NCBI GenBank assembly: GCA_031402435.1
Contig: JANNSJ010000015.1
Span: forward strand, 132,288-196,287
DNA length: 64,000 nucleotides
Direction of reading: 5' to 3'
Source of the DNA: Bacteroidota bacterium
GTDB taxonomy: Bacteria > Bacteroidota > Ignavibacteria > UBA10030 > UBA6906
The notes beneath the pieces were generated by a model. The model made no database searches. It saw only the letters and a list, made by a program, of their open reading frames with translations, and was not told the origin of the DNA. This document shows, one piece after another, positions 17,215 to 27,286 of the stretch. Numbering within the stretch: the first letter of the stretch is position 1; the number at the start of each line of letters is the position of its first letter. Position numbers and translations under genes: made by a program.

Positions 17215-18783
17215 ATGCAGGAAAGCCTGTCGTCTTCAAGGGCGGTCGTGAGGAGTGCGTTCTTCAACCTCCTCGGCTTTGCTGTCTCTGTTCTCTATAT
17301 GTTGTTCCTGGTCCCCATTGTTGTCGGACATGTCGGAATTGAACAATACGGTTTGTGGTCTCTTGTTCTTGCTCTCACAGGATACGTCGGCCTGATGGAT
17401 CTCGGCATTGGCACTTCCTTCGTCCCATACATCGCCCGGTATATCTCACTCAAAGCGTATAATGATGTGAACAAAGTCATCCAACATGGGATGCTGTATT
17501 ATGCCGGCCTCTCGCTGTTGGTTCTTGGAATTGGATATGCCATTGCGCCGTTGTTGTTTTCGCTCGTCAGAATTCCGGCGGTGTATCTTGAATCGGCGCG
17601 CACATTATTCCTCATCGCTCTTGTAGGCTTCTCTGTTTCTTCGTTTGCAGGTATCTTCGGGAGTGTCTTGAGCGCTCTTCAAAGAATGGATACATATAAC
17701 ATCCTTCTCACACTATTTTTGGTCGAGAAATTTGTGGCGATTGCTGTCGCTCTGGCGATGGGGTACGGATTGCTTGGTCTCATGGTTGCCGATTTGGCCG
17801 TAACGACTCTCGGGCTGATTCCGTTGCTTGTCATGACAAAAAAGTACTTTCCCGACCTCTCATTGCGGTGGATGGGATATGATGGCGCAGTGATGAAGAA
17901 GTTGTTCAAGTTTGGCACACAACTTCAGGTCAGCCGTATTGCAGAAACGATCCAATCACAATTCGACAAGCTCATCCTTTCACGGTTCATCGGACTTTCG
18001 GCAGTGTCAATGTATGATTTTGGTTCGAGGCCCGGCAGCCGGTTGAGAGCGCTGCCTATGACGGCAGTGTCATCCTTGATACCGGCCGTCTCCGCGTTGG
18101 ACGCAGTCCAGAACCGAAGCCGTATTCAGTCAGCCTTGATTCGGTCGACACGGTACCTCGCCATCGTTGCCATCCCGATGTTTTCCTTTTTCATTTGCTT
18201 TGCAGGGGAGATTATTTACATCTGGCTTGGAGATGGATTTGAACAGGCAGCCATGACGCTCAGGCTTCTCTCTATTGCGCATGTTGTCAGCGTTGTCGCA
18301 AGTGCAATGGCTCTCGTCTCACAGGGCATGGGTGAACCGGGCGTCCAGATGCGCACGACGCTGATTCAGGCGACGCTGAACATAGTTCTTTCCCTCACGC
18401 TTGCAATCATGTTTGGATTTTACGGAGCTGTTGTCGGCACGACGATCTCGGTAATTGTTGGCGGTGTGCTGCTCTTTCAATGGTATGGTAAACGGTTGAT
18501 CGACCATCCGCTTTCGTTGTTTGTGCAGGTTATGATAAAGCCGCTCGCCGTTGCTCTTCCATCGATTGCCATAGGACTTGCCGTGTCATGGATTGCACAA
18601 CGCTTATTTGACTTCCACACGAGAATTGAAATCGGAGTGCTTCTTGCCGGTGTGTCAGTTCTCTTTGTTGTTCTCTATGGCGTGATGATTGTGCGGTTCA
18701 AGGTTCTTACCCCGGACGATCGAGGGTTTATTGAGGGAGTAATGCCGGAGCGTTTCAAGTATCTCTTAAGATTCGTCACGTGA
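17215..18783 (+). CDS. Polysaccharide biosynthesis protein / Wzx-like MOP-superfamily flippase
   Basis: 522 aa with ~12-14 hydrophobic helices; typical Polysacc_synt architecture. Confidence 0.8.
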   Translation: MQESLSSSRAVVRSAFFNLLGFAVSVLYMLFLVPIVVGHVGIEQYGLWSLVLALTGYVGLMDLGIGTSFVPYIARYISLKAYNDVNKVIQHGMLYYAGLSLLVLGIGYAIAPLLFSLVRIPAVYLESARTLFLIALVGFSVSSFAGIFGSVLSALQRMDTYNILLTLFLVEKFVAIAVALAMGYGLLGLMVADLAVTTLGLIPLLVMTKKYFPDLSLRWMGYDGAVMKKLFKFGTQLQVSRIAETIQSQFDKLILSRFIGLSAVSMYDFGSRPGSRLRALPMTAVSSLIPAVSALDAVQNRSRIQSALIRSTRYLAIVAIPMFSFFICFAGEIIYIWLGDGFEQAAMTLRLLSIAHVVSVVASAMALVSQGMGEPGVQMRTTLIQATLNIVLSLTLAIMFGFYGAVVGTTISVIVGGVLLFQWYGKRLIDHPLSLFVQVMIKPLAVALPSIAIGLAVSWIAQRLFDFHTRIEIGVLLAGVSVLFVVLYGVMIVRFKVLTPDDRGFIEGVMPERFKYLLRFVT

Positions 18784-19526
18784 GTACGCCAACATTTCTG
18801 AAGCGACTGATATTACCGGGAGAGCATTGGAGTCTCGATGTCGATCTCCGCTATCTTCCCGTTGTGCGCTTTCTCAAAGCACACGCTCCCGGCACGACCG
18901 TACTTGAGGTAGGTTCGAGCAGCACAGGAATAACACCCTATGTCAATGAATTGGTGATCGGCTCTGATGCGTCGTTTCCCGGCAGTGTAGCTCCGGGATT
19001 GTTACCCGTCATCGCCATCGGAGCGTTGCCGTTTCGGGATAAGAGTTTTGATGCGGTGATCTCGCTTGACACGCTGGAACATGTTCCCCGCTCATCCCGG
19101 CAATTGTTCATGAATGAACTGGTTCGTATTGCCCGCAAGTATGTGATTGTAGGATTTCCAGAAGGCGATGCAGCAGAGCGTCATGATGCTGCGATGGAGG
19201 AATACTTTGTCAGGCAACAAGGGAGTGCCCTCGAGTTCTTTGTTGAACATCGCGAGTACAGGATTCCACGGCAGGAAGATCTGTCGATCTACTTTAAGGT
19301 AGCGGAGGAACAGAGCGGTCGCGTGTTTGATGTGCGCCGGGTAAAGAATGTTAATATCACCCTTCGTAATGTGTTTATGCGAACCATCTGGAACAAACGT
19401 CGTGCGGTACAACGTGTGTACTTTCTTCTCACGGCGTTGTCGCGGTGGGACTGGCTATTCCATCACGGTGTATGTTATCGTTCAATATATTTTCTTACGA
19501 TGAAGCAGGCGAACAATGGCCGGTAA
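18780..19526 (+). CDS. Class I SAM-dependent methyltransferase
   Basis: VLEVGSSSTGITPY..., FDAVISLDTLEHV. Confidence 0.7.
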   Translation: MSTPTFLKRLILPGEHWSLDVDLRYLPVVRFLKAHAPGTTVLEVGSSSTGITPYVNELVIGSDASFPGSVAPGLLPVIAIGALPFRDKSFDAVISLDTLEHVPRSSRQLFMNELVRIARKYVIVGFPEGDAAERHDAAMEEYFVRQQGSALEFFVEHREYRIPRQEDLSIYFKVAEEQSGRVFDVRRVKNVNITLRNVFMRTIWNKRRAVQRVYFLLTALSRWDWLFHHGVCYRSIYFLTMKQANNGR

Positions 19527-20244
19527 GATGCAATCATCCCCTGCATTCCTTGCACGGGAATATCATGATTTTCACCGGACTTCAGTGGCCCGGTTTGTTG
19601 AGTCAGTTGCTCCAACTGTCCCTGCTGGCGCCACCATTGTCGATGCCGGAGCAGGAGAAGCATGGTACGAGCCGCTATTTGCTCAGGCCCGGTATATTGC
19701 TCTTGATTATGCCGTGGGAGATTCAGCGTGGGATTATTCGAAACTCGATGTTGTGTGTGACCTCCATATCGTTCCTCTGAAAACAAATAGTGTTCCCTAT
19801 GTTCTCTGCACCCAGACGCTTGAACACATCCAACGTCCACACGTGGTGCTGGCTGAGTTGCATCGTATACTCCTTCCCGGCGGAACACTGTTCTGCTCGT
19901 TGCCCTTTATTGGGGATGCTCATCACCAGGAGCCGTACGATTTCTTTCGCTACACACGGTATGCAGTAGACTATCTCTTTACCTCTTCCGGGTTTTCGGA
20001 AGTTACGATCTCACCGATCGGCGGATACAATACGCTGCTGGTATCGCTTCTTCAGAAGGGATTGTACCGGTATGCTGAGAAGAATGTGAAGAGGCAATGG
20101 ATCATTGCGGCCCCGATAGGCTTGTTGCAGAAATTTCTTTTCCTCCTTACCCGATGGGCGAACATCCTTGCATGGAAGCAAGACCAAAAAGACCCTGACC
20201 GGTATCGTTTCGCAATGGGCTTCACTGTCATTGCCAAGAAATGA
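19516..20244 (+). CDS. Class I SAM-dependent methyltransferase
   Basis: IVDAGAGEAWY..., CTQTLEHIQRPHVVLAELHRILLPGGTL. Confidence 0.7.
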   Translation: MAGKMQSSPAFLAREYHDFHRTSVARFVESVAPTVPAGATIVDAGAGEAWYEPLFAQARYIALDYAVGDSAWDYSKLDVVCDLHIVPLKTNSVPYVLCTQTLEHIQRPHVVLAELHRILLPGGTLFCSLPFIGDAHHQEPYDFFRYTRYAVDYLFTSSGFSEVTISPIGGYNTLLVSLLQKGLYRYAEKNVKRQWIIAAPIGLLQKFLFLLTRWANILAWKQDQKDPDRYRFAMGFTVIAKK

Positions 20245-21191
20245 CGACGCCGACGGTTTCCCTTGTCATTCCGAATTGGAACGGGCTTGTGCATTTGAAG
20301 GATTGCTTTGATGCAATTGCCCGACAAACACTCCTGCCATACGAGACAATCATGGTGGACAACGGATCAACGGATGGGTCATTCGAGTTTGTCAGGCAGC
20401 GCTATCCCCATGTTCACATCATTGCCCTCTCATCGAATCATGGTTTTGCCTACGCAGTGAACCGCGGCATCGAAGCTGCACGGGGTGAGTTCATCGGTCT
20501 GCTCAACAATGACACTGACCTTGATGACCACTGGCTCGAACGATTGGTGACAGCGTTGAAAAAGGATCAGAGTCTTGGGAGCGCCGCATGCAAAATGCTG
20601 AACTTCTACAACCGTTCAATGATAGACTCGGCCGGTGATGGGCTTACGCCGTATGGTTCCGTGTACAACAGGGGACACGGCGAACAGGATGGACCAGGGT
20701 TCCATACACAAGAGCTTGTGTTTGGGGCTTGTGCGGGCGCATCCTTGTATCGCAGGGATGTGTTCAAAGAGGTGGGAGTGTTTGATGAGGACTTTGTTTC
20801 CTTTTACGAAGATGTTGATATGTCGCTCCGTCTGCAACTCGCAGGGTTCAAATGCATCTATGTCTCTGACGCAGTGTGTTACCACAAGCGTGGTGCAACG
20901 GGTGGCAAGGCATCAGCCTATCCCGTGAAGATGACCGAACGGAACCTGCTTGCGTTCTACGTAAAGAGTTTTCCTTTGCCTCTCTTGCTGTCCATGTTGC
21001 CGTTCATCATTGCTGGAACGATACGAAGGATATTCCGTGCTGTGCTGGCAGGTCTCGGCGGGCCGGCGCTGACAGGCTTCCTCGAAGGACTCAGGCTCAT
21101 GCCGGGAATGATCCGGAAACGTTCACTTGTTCAGAGTACCCGAAGGGTTGACATTTCATACTTGAAATCGCTCATGAGAAAGAACGACTGA
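20241..21191 (+). CDS. GT2 glycosyltransferase
   Basis: VSLVIPNWNG...ETIMVDNGSTDGS. Confidence 0.85.
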   Translation: MTTPTVSLVIPNWNGLVHLKDCFDAIARQTLLPYETIMVDNGSTDGSFEFVRQRYPHVHIIALSSNHGFAYAVNRGIEAARGEFIGLLNNDTDLDDHWLERLVTALKKDQSLGSAACKMLNFYNRSMIDSAGDGLTPYGSVYNRGHGEQDGPGFHTQELVFGACAGASLYRRDVFKEVGVFDEDFVSFYEDVDMSLRLQLAGFKCIYVSDAVCYHKRGATGGKASAYPVKMTERNLLAFYVKSFPLPLLLSMLPFIIAGTIRRIFRAVLAGLGGPALTGFLEGLRLMPGMIRKRSLVQSTRRVDISYLKSLMRKND

Positions 21192-21192
21192 C

Positions 21193-22176
21193 ATGACTGA
21201 CATGTCCATCATCATCGTCAACCTGAATACACGGGGCTTGCTCAAAGCGTGCCTCGATTCAGTATTCGCTGAAGGTTCAAATCTCGACCTTGAAGTGATC
21301 GTTATCGACAATGGATCGACCGATGGAAGTATAGAGATGATGACGACCGATTATCCGACGGTCAAACGCAAAGTGAATATATCAAACGAAGGCTTTGCAA
21401 AACCGAACAACGATGGCATGCGCATGGCAACCGGGCGATACCTGTTTCTCCTGAACTCCGATACCGTCGTCACGCCAGGGGCGTTCAGGACGTTGAAAAT
21501 CTTCCTTGACGCACATCCTGGTGCGGGAGTTTGCGGACCAAAGCTGTTGTATCCTGACGGCAGGCTTCAGAGATCAGTGTCCTCGTTTCATTCGCTCTGG
21601 ACTCATACGTGCGACATGCTTGCGCTGGACAAATTTCTTCCGAACACGCGGCTCTTCGGTGGTGGTGAGATGACAACGTTCCCATACGATGAGAATCAGA
21701 CTCAGGAAGTGGAGAGTTTGATGGGAGCTGCGGTGCTGGTACGGCGGGAAGTGTGGGAACAGGTTGGCGGCTTTGACGAGCGGTTGATGATCTACTACAA
21801 CGAGATGGATTGGTTTATGCGCATCAAGCGTGCGGGATGGAAGATATACTATGTACATGACGCACAGATAGTCCATCATCGAGGGATGACCGCTGCAGCG
21901 GTAAACAGCGCCTTCACGTATTTTGATGAGATGTATTTAAACACGCTCCTATTCTTCCACAAGCATTATGGCCCGTTCGCCGTTACTGCATACAAGGTTC
22001 TGCTCATCGTCGGGTTTGTTCCACGCACCATCGTGTGGTGTTTGCGCCGTTTGGTCGATCATTCGGAATATGCCGTACACATGTCCATCTACGGATGGAA
22101 GACGCTGAAGCTTGGACTGACGTTCTGGTCGCCGCTGCCGGCATCTCTCACTCATGATGATTCCCGCAATGAGTGA
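21193..22176 (+). CDS. GT2 glycosyltransferase
   Basis: MSIIIVNLNT...EVIVIDNGSTDGS. Confidence 0.85.
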   Translation: MTDMSIIIVNLNTRGLLKACLDSVFAEGSNLDLEVIVIDNGSTDGSIEMMTTDYPTVKRKVNISNEGFAKPNNDGMRMATGRYLFLLNSDTVVTPGAFRTLKIFLDAHPGAGVCGPKLLYPDGRLQRSVSSFHSLWTHTCDMLALDKFLPNTRLFGGGEMTTFPYDENQTQEVESLMGAAVLVRREVWEQVGGFDERLMIYYNEMDWFMRIKRAGWKIYYVHDAQIVHHRGMTAAAVNSAFTYFDEMYLNTLLFFHKHYGPFAVTAYKVLLIVGFVPRTIVWCLRRLVDHSEYAVHMSIYGWKTLKLGLTFWSPLPASLTHDDSRNE

Positions 22177-23200
22177 AGCCGGAATGACAGCCTCGCCCGG
22201 ACTCGTCAGCGTCATTGTCGTCAACTACAACGGGGCGAACGTTATCAGAGATTGTCTTCTGAGCGTTTTCGCCCAGCCGTATCAGCCCATCGAAGTGATT
22301 GTTGTGGATAACGCCTCAACGGACGGGAGCGTTGCGATGATCAAGCAGGAATTCCCCGGAGTAAAGCTTGTTGTGAACGGGACGAATCTTGGCTTTGCCG
22401 GTGGAAACAATCGGGGTGTATCTGCTGCACGAGGAGAGTACATCGTTCTTCTGAACAACGACACCACGGTCGAGCGGAGTTGGTTGATAGCTCTCATGGA
22501 GATGCTCCAGCAAAAGGATGTCGGTGCGGTAACATCAAGGGTTGTGACGGATGGTGTACCGGCAACATTCTACGAAATGAACGGCACAATCAATTTTCTC
22601 GGCTACAACATCATGCGTGTGTTTAAGGATCTGTCGCAGGTGTTCTTTGCGGGTGGAGCCTCGTTGATGTTCAGAAAAGAAACGGTCGGCATGCTTTTCC
22701 CGGATGAGTTCTTTGTGTATCAGGAGGATGTGTTTCTCTCATGGAAACTGCGGGTGCAGGGGATGACGGTGGCGATGGCTCAACAATCGGTTGTGCATCA
22801 TCGCGGGAGTGCAACAGCCCGCCAACAGACATCAGCATTCGTTACGTTTTATCAGGAAAGAAACAGGCTCTTGAATGTGCTGTTGTTCTATGAAGCCCGT
22901 ACTCTTGTTCTGTTGATTCCATATTTCATCGCCGATGCAGTAGCGAAGGTCCTGTTGAGCATGGTTGGCCGGCATAAGTCTCTTGTCGGTATTGTCCGAT
23001 CCTACTGGTGGATCGTCGCTCATCCTGAATGGATCAAAGGGGAGAGGCAAAGCATTCAGACACACCGCTTAGTTCCCGATACATCCATCATGAGTCTGAT
23101 GAGTTACAAAGTGATTGATGGTGATTCGTCGGTTGTGAAACTGATCAATGCAATCTCAAGGCTGTATGCGCAGCTTGTCGGACTTGCCTTCCATGATTGA
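22154..23200 (+). CDS. GT2 glycosyltransferase
   Basis: VSVIVVNYNG...EVIVVDNASTDGS. True start may be an internal Met (~22184). Confidence 0.85.
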   Translation: MMIPAMSEAGMTASPGLVSVIVVNYNGANVIRDCLLSVFAQPYQPIEVIVVDNASTDGSVAMIKQEFPGVKLVVNGTNLGFAGGNNRGVSAARGEYIVLLNNDTTVERSWLIALMEMLQQKDVGAVTSRVVTDGVPATFYEMNGTINFLGYNIMRVFKDLSQVFFAGGASLMFRKETVGMLFPDEFFVYQEDVFLSWKLRVQGMTVAMAQQSVVHHRGSATARQQTSAFVTFYQERNRLLNVLLFYEARTLVLLIPYFIADAVAKVLLSMVGRHKSLVGIVRSYWWIVAHPEWIKGERQSIQTHRLVPDTSIMSLMSYKVIDGDSSVVKLINAISRLYAQLVGLAFHD

Positions 23201-24128
23201 TCTCACCATCATCATCGTATCGTGGAACTGCAGAGAGTATCTGGAGAATTGTCTTCGATCCATAGATGCTTCTGCTCCGGCGATATCGTACAAGGTTATG
23301 GTTGTCGACAACAACTCAACGGACGCGACTGTTGAGTTGTTACGGAAGGATTTTACGAGCGTTGAGATACACGCTAACAAGGAGAATGTTGGGTTTGCGG
23401 TTGCAAACAATCAGGCAATGGGCACTGCACGGAGCCGATACATGATGTTGCTCAATCCCGATACGCTTGTCCATCCCGGCGCTTTGGATGCACTGGTGCG
23501 GTTCATGGACGGGCATCCATCGGTGTGGGCCGTAGGCCCGGCAATGCTGAACCGTGATGGTTCGCCACAGCGAACGGGGGTACGCTTTCCCAATAGTTGG
23601 AATATATTGTGTGAAGCACTGTTCCTGGACAGACTCTTTCCGACATCGATGATGTGCGGTCGCCATAAGGAATTGTACAAGGATGATGCAATCTCTCGCC
23701 CCGTTGATTATGTGCAGGGCGCATGTTTGATGATTCGATCCGATGTGTTCAAGAAAGTCGGCGGCATGGATGAGAAGTTCTTCATGTATTTTGAGGAAAC
23801 CGACTGGTGCTGCAGAATGTACAAGGCTGGCGGCCAGGTATATCTCTGTCCGGATGCGAAGGTAACGCATTTCGGCGGAGGAGACGTGGGACATTATGAT
23901 GAAGTGCGGCTCGTTCATTATCATCGCAGCCTGTTTCTGTTCTACAAAAAACATCGTTCATTGTTCTCCTCGATACTGGTAAGGATCATTGTCGCAGAAC
24001 GGTCGCTGATTCGCGTTGTTGTTTGGGTAATTGTAGCGTTGGCTCATCCACATATGCGATCATCAGCGGTGTCGAGTATCCGCGGCTACCTGCGTACTTT
24101 TAGTATCATCTTTGAACAGGTGAGGTAG
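23193..24128 (+). CDS. GT2 glycosyltransferase
   Basis: MIDLTIIIVSWNC...KVMVVDNNSTDAT. ATGATTGA start/stop overlap with the upstream gene. Confidence 0.85.
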   Translation: MIDLTIIIVSWNCREYLENCLRSIDASAPAISYKVMVVDNNSTDATVELLRKDFTSVEIHANKENVGFAVANNQAMGTARSRYMMLLNPDTLVHPGALDALVRFMDGHPSVWAVGPAMLNRDGSPQRTGVRFPNSWNILCEALFLDRLFPTSMMCGRHKELYKDDAISRPVDYVQGACLMIRSDVFKKVGGMDEKFFMYFEETDWCCRMYKAGGQVYLCPDAKVTHFGGGDVGHYDEVRLVHYHRSLFLFYKKHRSLFSSILVRIIVAERSLIRVVVWVIVALAHPHMRSSAVSSIRGYLRTFSIIFEQVR

Positions 24129-24134
24129 CAGCTT

Positions 24135-25136
24135 ATGACTCCGAATTTCTCTGTCGTTATCCCAACCCATAACCGAAAGGAATCCCTTGTCCGTTGTCTT
24201 GCATCTCTGGCCGGACAATCGTTTCCTGTATCTGACTTCGAAGTGATCGTTGTTGATGACGGTTCAACCGATGGTACACAGGCTGCACTTGAGAACCAGA
24301 AGTGGGGCTTCCACCTGACATATCTCGTTCAGCAGAACAGTGGTCCATCCGTTGCCCGGAATTTCGGTGTGAATCATGCCAGAGGGGAGACCATTGCGTT
24401 CACAGAGGACGACATTGAAGTTCATCCCGATTGGTTGACGAGGGCGGCATCATATTTTCAAGATGCCTCGCTAGGGCTTCTGGAAGGAAGAACCGTGTAC
24501 GCTGGCACAGGCAAGGATGTCAGAAGATTCGAGCATCTGCCGCGGCACGGATTCATTCCATGCAATCTCTTCATCAGAAGGGATGTAATCCATCGTCTCG
24601 GTGGATACGATCCGGCGTTTTACGATCCGAAGACAAAGCTCTACTTCCGGGAAGATGCCGATCTTGGGTTTCAGGTTCTTGAGTCTGGCGTCACGACAAC
24701 AATTGCTACCGACGTGGTGGTCGAACATCCCGAGCAGTTCTCAAATCTGGCCGCGTGCTTCCGGCATGTACAGCGGTATTATTTTGATCCATTACTCTAC
24801 AGAAAACATCCACGACTCTTCAGAGATATGATCGAAGTGAAGACCATCGTTGGCCTGACAGTACATCGTCCCCAGCATTACCTGGCACTGTTGGATGTTG
24901 TGCTGCTCGGATCCCTGATCGGTTCTCTCGTTCAGGGTGATGTCACGGGAATATATGCCTCGGGTGCCGGTGTGTTTGTGTGTTCGATTCTTTTTCGTTA
25001 TAAATATCAGGGCAGAAATGCGATCCGTAAGCATAGGATTCTCGAAACATTTGGATTTGTCCTGTTGCCTTTTGTCTACGTCTCGTCGTTTATCAGGGGA
25101 TGTTTGCGCTTCAAATCGTTTGGTTCGATTCTTTAG
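24135..25136 (+). CDS. GT2 glycosyltransferase
   Basis: FSVVIPTHNRKE...EVIVVDDGSTDGT. Confidence 0.85.
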   Translation: MTPNFSVVIPTHNRKESLVRCLASLAGQSFPVSDFEVIVVDDGSTDGTQAALENQKWGFHLTYLVQQNSGPSVARNFGVNHARGETIAFTEDDIEVHPDWLTRAASYFQDASLGLLEGRTVYAGTGKDVRRFEHLPRHGFIPCNLFIRRDVIHRLGGYDPAFYDPKTKLYFREDADLGFQVLESGVTTTIATDVVVEHPEQFSNLAACFRHVQRYYFDPLLYRKHPRLFRDMIEVKTIVGLTVHRPQHYLALLDVVLLGSLIGSLVQGDVTGIYASGAGVFVCSILFRYKYQGRNAIRKHRILETFGFVLLPFVYVSSFIRGCLRFKSFGSIL

Positions 25137-25146
25137 GAAGGCTGCC

Positions 25147-25860
25147 ATGGTATCTCACAATGTGGTTGTGGTATTCTCGTGCTCACCGGAGGACATCGGA
25201 TGGGAAGAACCCGTGGTGACGATGCCCGGCTTGCAGCCCGAGGTGGTATTGCTGCACAACGCCATTGTTGCAGACATTGTCGAGAGGCTCTCGGAACAGC
25301 CACAGTATCGTGTCATTCTTTTTGAAACGAGTGATGCACAAATTGATTTTCCGCTTCCAGCAAAAGTGGAACGGAAGATGCAATCGCCGGGACTTCTGCA
25401 CCGAAGGTTGGCTGAAGGAGTCAGAGAACTCATGGAAGGCGAGGGCGTGTCCTCAGTGATCGTGTACCTCGGGCGGAACCCGATGTATCCGGTGCCGTTG
25501 CTCGTACGCGGCTTTGAACTGCTCGCCCAGGAGGACGATGTGGTCGCGATTGGCGAGGGATTCCGCGAGTCAAACAATCCCGCTCTCATGTGGCTTGCGA
25601 TGAAGAACTATCACCCCGAATTGTTCGAGAACAACGAACGATGGTGGGAAGGAGGAGCGCCAATGCTCCAGGCAGCCGTTGATGTACCAGCGTTGGTGAT
25701 GACAGTCCGGTCCGTCAGAAACATCGCGTCGACCGACGATCTTGGATACCTCTTCCATGAAATTGAGCGCGAGGTGCTCTTGAAACAATGGTACCCTCTG
25801 CGGACGTACGAAGCACTCCACCGGATGCGTAAGAAACACCTGATACCCGAGAGCGCCTGA
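25147..25860 (+). CDS. Hypothetical protein; possibly nucleotidyltransferase-like (DUF2064-like) member of the glycan locus
   Basis: Probable start MVSHNVVVVFSC near 25147 (ORF-track start 24937 overlaps the GT2 gene). Weak resemblance to DUF2064/TIGR04282 N-terminus. Function uncertain. Confidence 0.45.
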   Translation: MVSHNVVVVFSCSPEDIGWEEPVVTMPGLQPEVVLLHNAIVADIVERLSEQPQYRVILFETSDAQIDFPLPAKVERKMQSPGLLHRRLAEGVRELMEGEGVSSVIVYLGRNPMYPVPLLVRGFELLAQEDDVVAIGEGFRESNNPALMWLAMKNYHPELFENNERWWEGGAPMLQAAVDVPALVMTVRSVRNIASTDDLGYLFHEIEREVLLKQWYPLRTYEALHRMRKKHLIPESA

Positions 25861-26438
25861 TGAAGATCGGAATCCTGGGCGGGACGTTCAATCCTCCACA
25901 TGTCGGACACTTGATCGTTGCCGAACGAGTCCGTGAAGAACTTGCACTCGATACCATTCTGTTCATTCCTTCCGCTGTCTCACCCCACAAACAACATCTT
26001 CAGCCGGTTGATGCGATCTGTCGGATGGAGATGGTGCGTCTTGCCGTGCAAGGACAGCCGCACTTCAGTACTTCGGACATCGAGGTGTCCCGCGGTGGAA
26101 TATCCTACACTATTGACACGCTTGAACAACTCAAGCAACTGCATCCCGGTGACAACTTGTACCTGCTTATCGGCATGGACAACCTCACAGAGTTCAACAC
26201 ATGGAAATCTCCGGAGAAGATCGTCGAGCTGGCTGGTCTTGTTGTCATGACACGACCCGGCTTTGAACCGAATGGAGTTCTTCAAGAATACCGGAAGAAG
26301 TTGACACTCTGCCAGGTGCCCGAGATCGGGATTTCATCAAGCGAGATTCGAGAGCGAGTGAAACAAGGGAAGTCCATCCGATACCTTGTGCCGCAGGCAG
26401 TGGAGTCGTACATTCACGCCAGGAAGTTGTATCGTTGA
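25860..26438 (+). CDS. nadD: Nicotinate-nucleotide adenylyltransferase
   Basis: MKIGILGGTFNPPHVGHL (HxGH motif), ISSSEIRERV. Confidence 0.85.
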   Translation: MKIGILGGTFNPPHVGHLIVAERVREELALDTILFIPSAVSPHKQHLQPVDAICRMEMVRLAVQGQPHFSTSDIEVSRGGISYTIDTLEQLKQLHPGDNLYLLIGMDNLTEFNTWKSPEKIVELAGLVVMTRPGFEPNGVLQEYRKKLTLCQVPEIGISSSEIRERVKQGKSIRYLVPQAVESYIHARKLYR

Positions 26439-26449
26439 AAGGAGGTTCA

Positions 26450-27019
26450 ATGGTAAAACCCCGTGTGTTGGTGCCTGAAGTTATCGAGCGGAGAATTCTT
26501 CTTGTTCGTGGACAGAAGGTGATGCTGGATGCACATCTCGCAGAGCTTTATGGAGTTGAGACAAAAACACTTAAGAGAGCTGTCAAGAGGAACATGGATC
26601 GCTTCCCGGGAGATTTCATGCTTGAGTTGACCAAGGAGGAGTCCGACTCTTTAAGGTACCAATTTGGCACCTTAAAGAGGGGAGCACACACGAAGTACAC
26701 ATCATTTGTGTTCACCGAACAAGGTGTAGCCATGCTTTCCACCGTTCTCAAGAGTAAACCAGCCATTCAGGTCAATATTGAAATCATGCGGGCATTCGTC
26801 CGACTGCGAGAGATACTCTCAACACACAAAGACCTTGCCCGCAAGCTTGAAATGCTTGAGAAGAAATACGATGAGCAATTCAGTATTGTCTTTGAGGCGA
26901 TCCGACAACTCATGACTCCGCCCGATCCACCAAAGAAACGTCCCATAGGGTTTGGTGTTGAAGAACCCAAAGTGAAGTACCGCTCGAAGCCGTCGCGATG
27001 GCCGCAGTGGCAACGGTGA
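26450..27019 (+). CDS. ORF6N domain protein (KilA-N-like DNA-binding, phage antirepressor family)
   Basis: IRGQKVMLDAHLAELYGVETKTLKRAVKRNMDRFPGDFMLEL is the ORF6N signature. Confidence 0.7.
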   Translation: MVKPRVLVPEVIERRILLVRGQKVMLDAHLAELYGVETKTLKRAVKRNMDRFPGDFMLELTKEESDSLRYQFGTLKRGAHTKYTSFVFTEQGVAMLSTVLKSKPAIQVNIEIMRAFVRLREILSTHKDLARKLEMLEKKYDEQFSIVFEAIRQLMTPPDPPKKRPIGFGVEEPKVKYRSKPSRWPQWQR

Positions 27020-27023
27020 TCTA

Positions 27024-27091
27024 CCATTTTCACTAAAGTTTCCCACCAAAACCGTAGCCCTCATAGCTCAACAGTATAGAGCACAGGTTTC
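27024..27091 (+). repeat. Truncated duplicate of tRNA-Arg 5' half plus ~30 nt of its upstream region (partner copy 29392..29459)
   Basis: ccattttcactaaagtttcccaccaaaaccgtagccctcatagctcaacagtatagagcacaggtttc vs ccattttcactaaatttttccaccaaaaccgtagccctcatagctcaacaggatagagcacaggtttc. Confidence 0.85.
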
Positions 27092-27286
27092 TCCCCTTCC
27101 TCCCAGAAATTCCCAATGAATAGCCCATTCGCTTGACAATCGTATTTCCTTTGTGTACGATACCAGCGAATTGCCGGGAGAATTTCAATCCACTCTCCTC
27201 CTTTCGGCCGGTTCGCCGCATTACCAATGCACCCTCTGCATAGCGAGCTCCGGTCGTTCGTTTAGCCAACCACAGTGTGAACCGGT

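Noticed and set aside
24937-25146. N-terminal 70 codons of ORF 24937..25860
   Set aside because: They overlap the 3' end of the preceding GT2 gene in another frame. The plausible start is MVSHN near 25147. The exact coordinate is uncertain: my hand count of the printed sequence near 25140 was off by one base from the ORF track.
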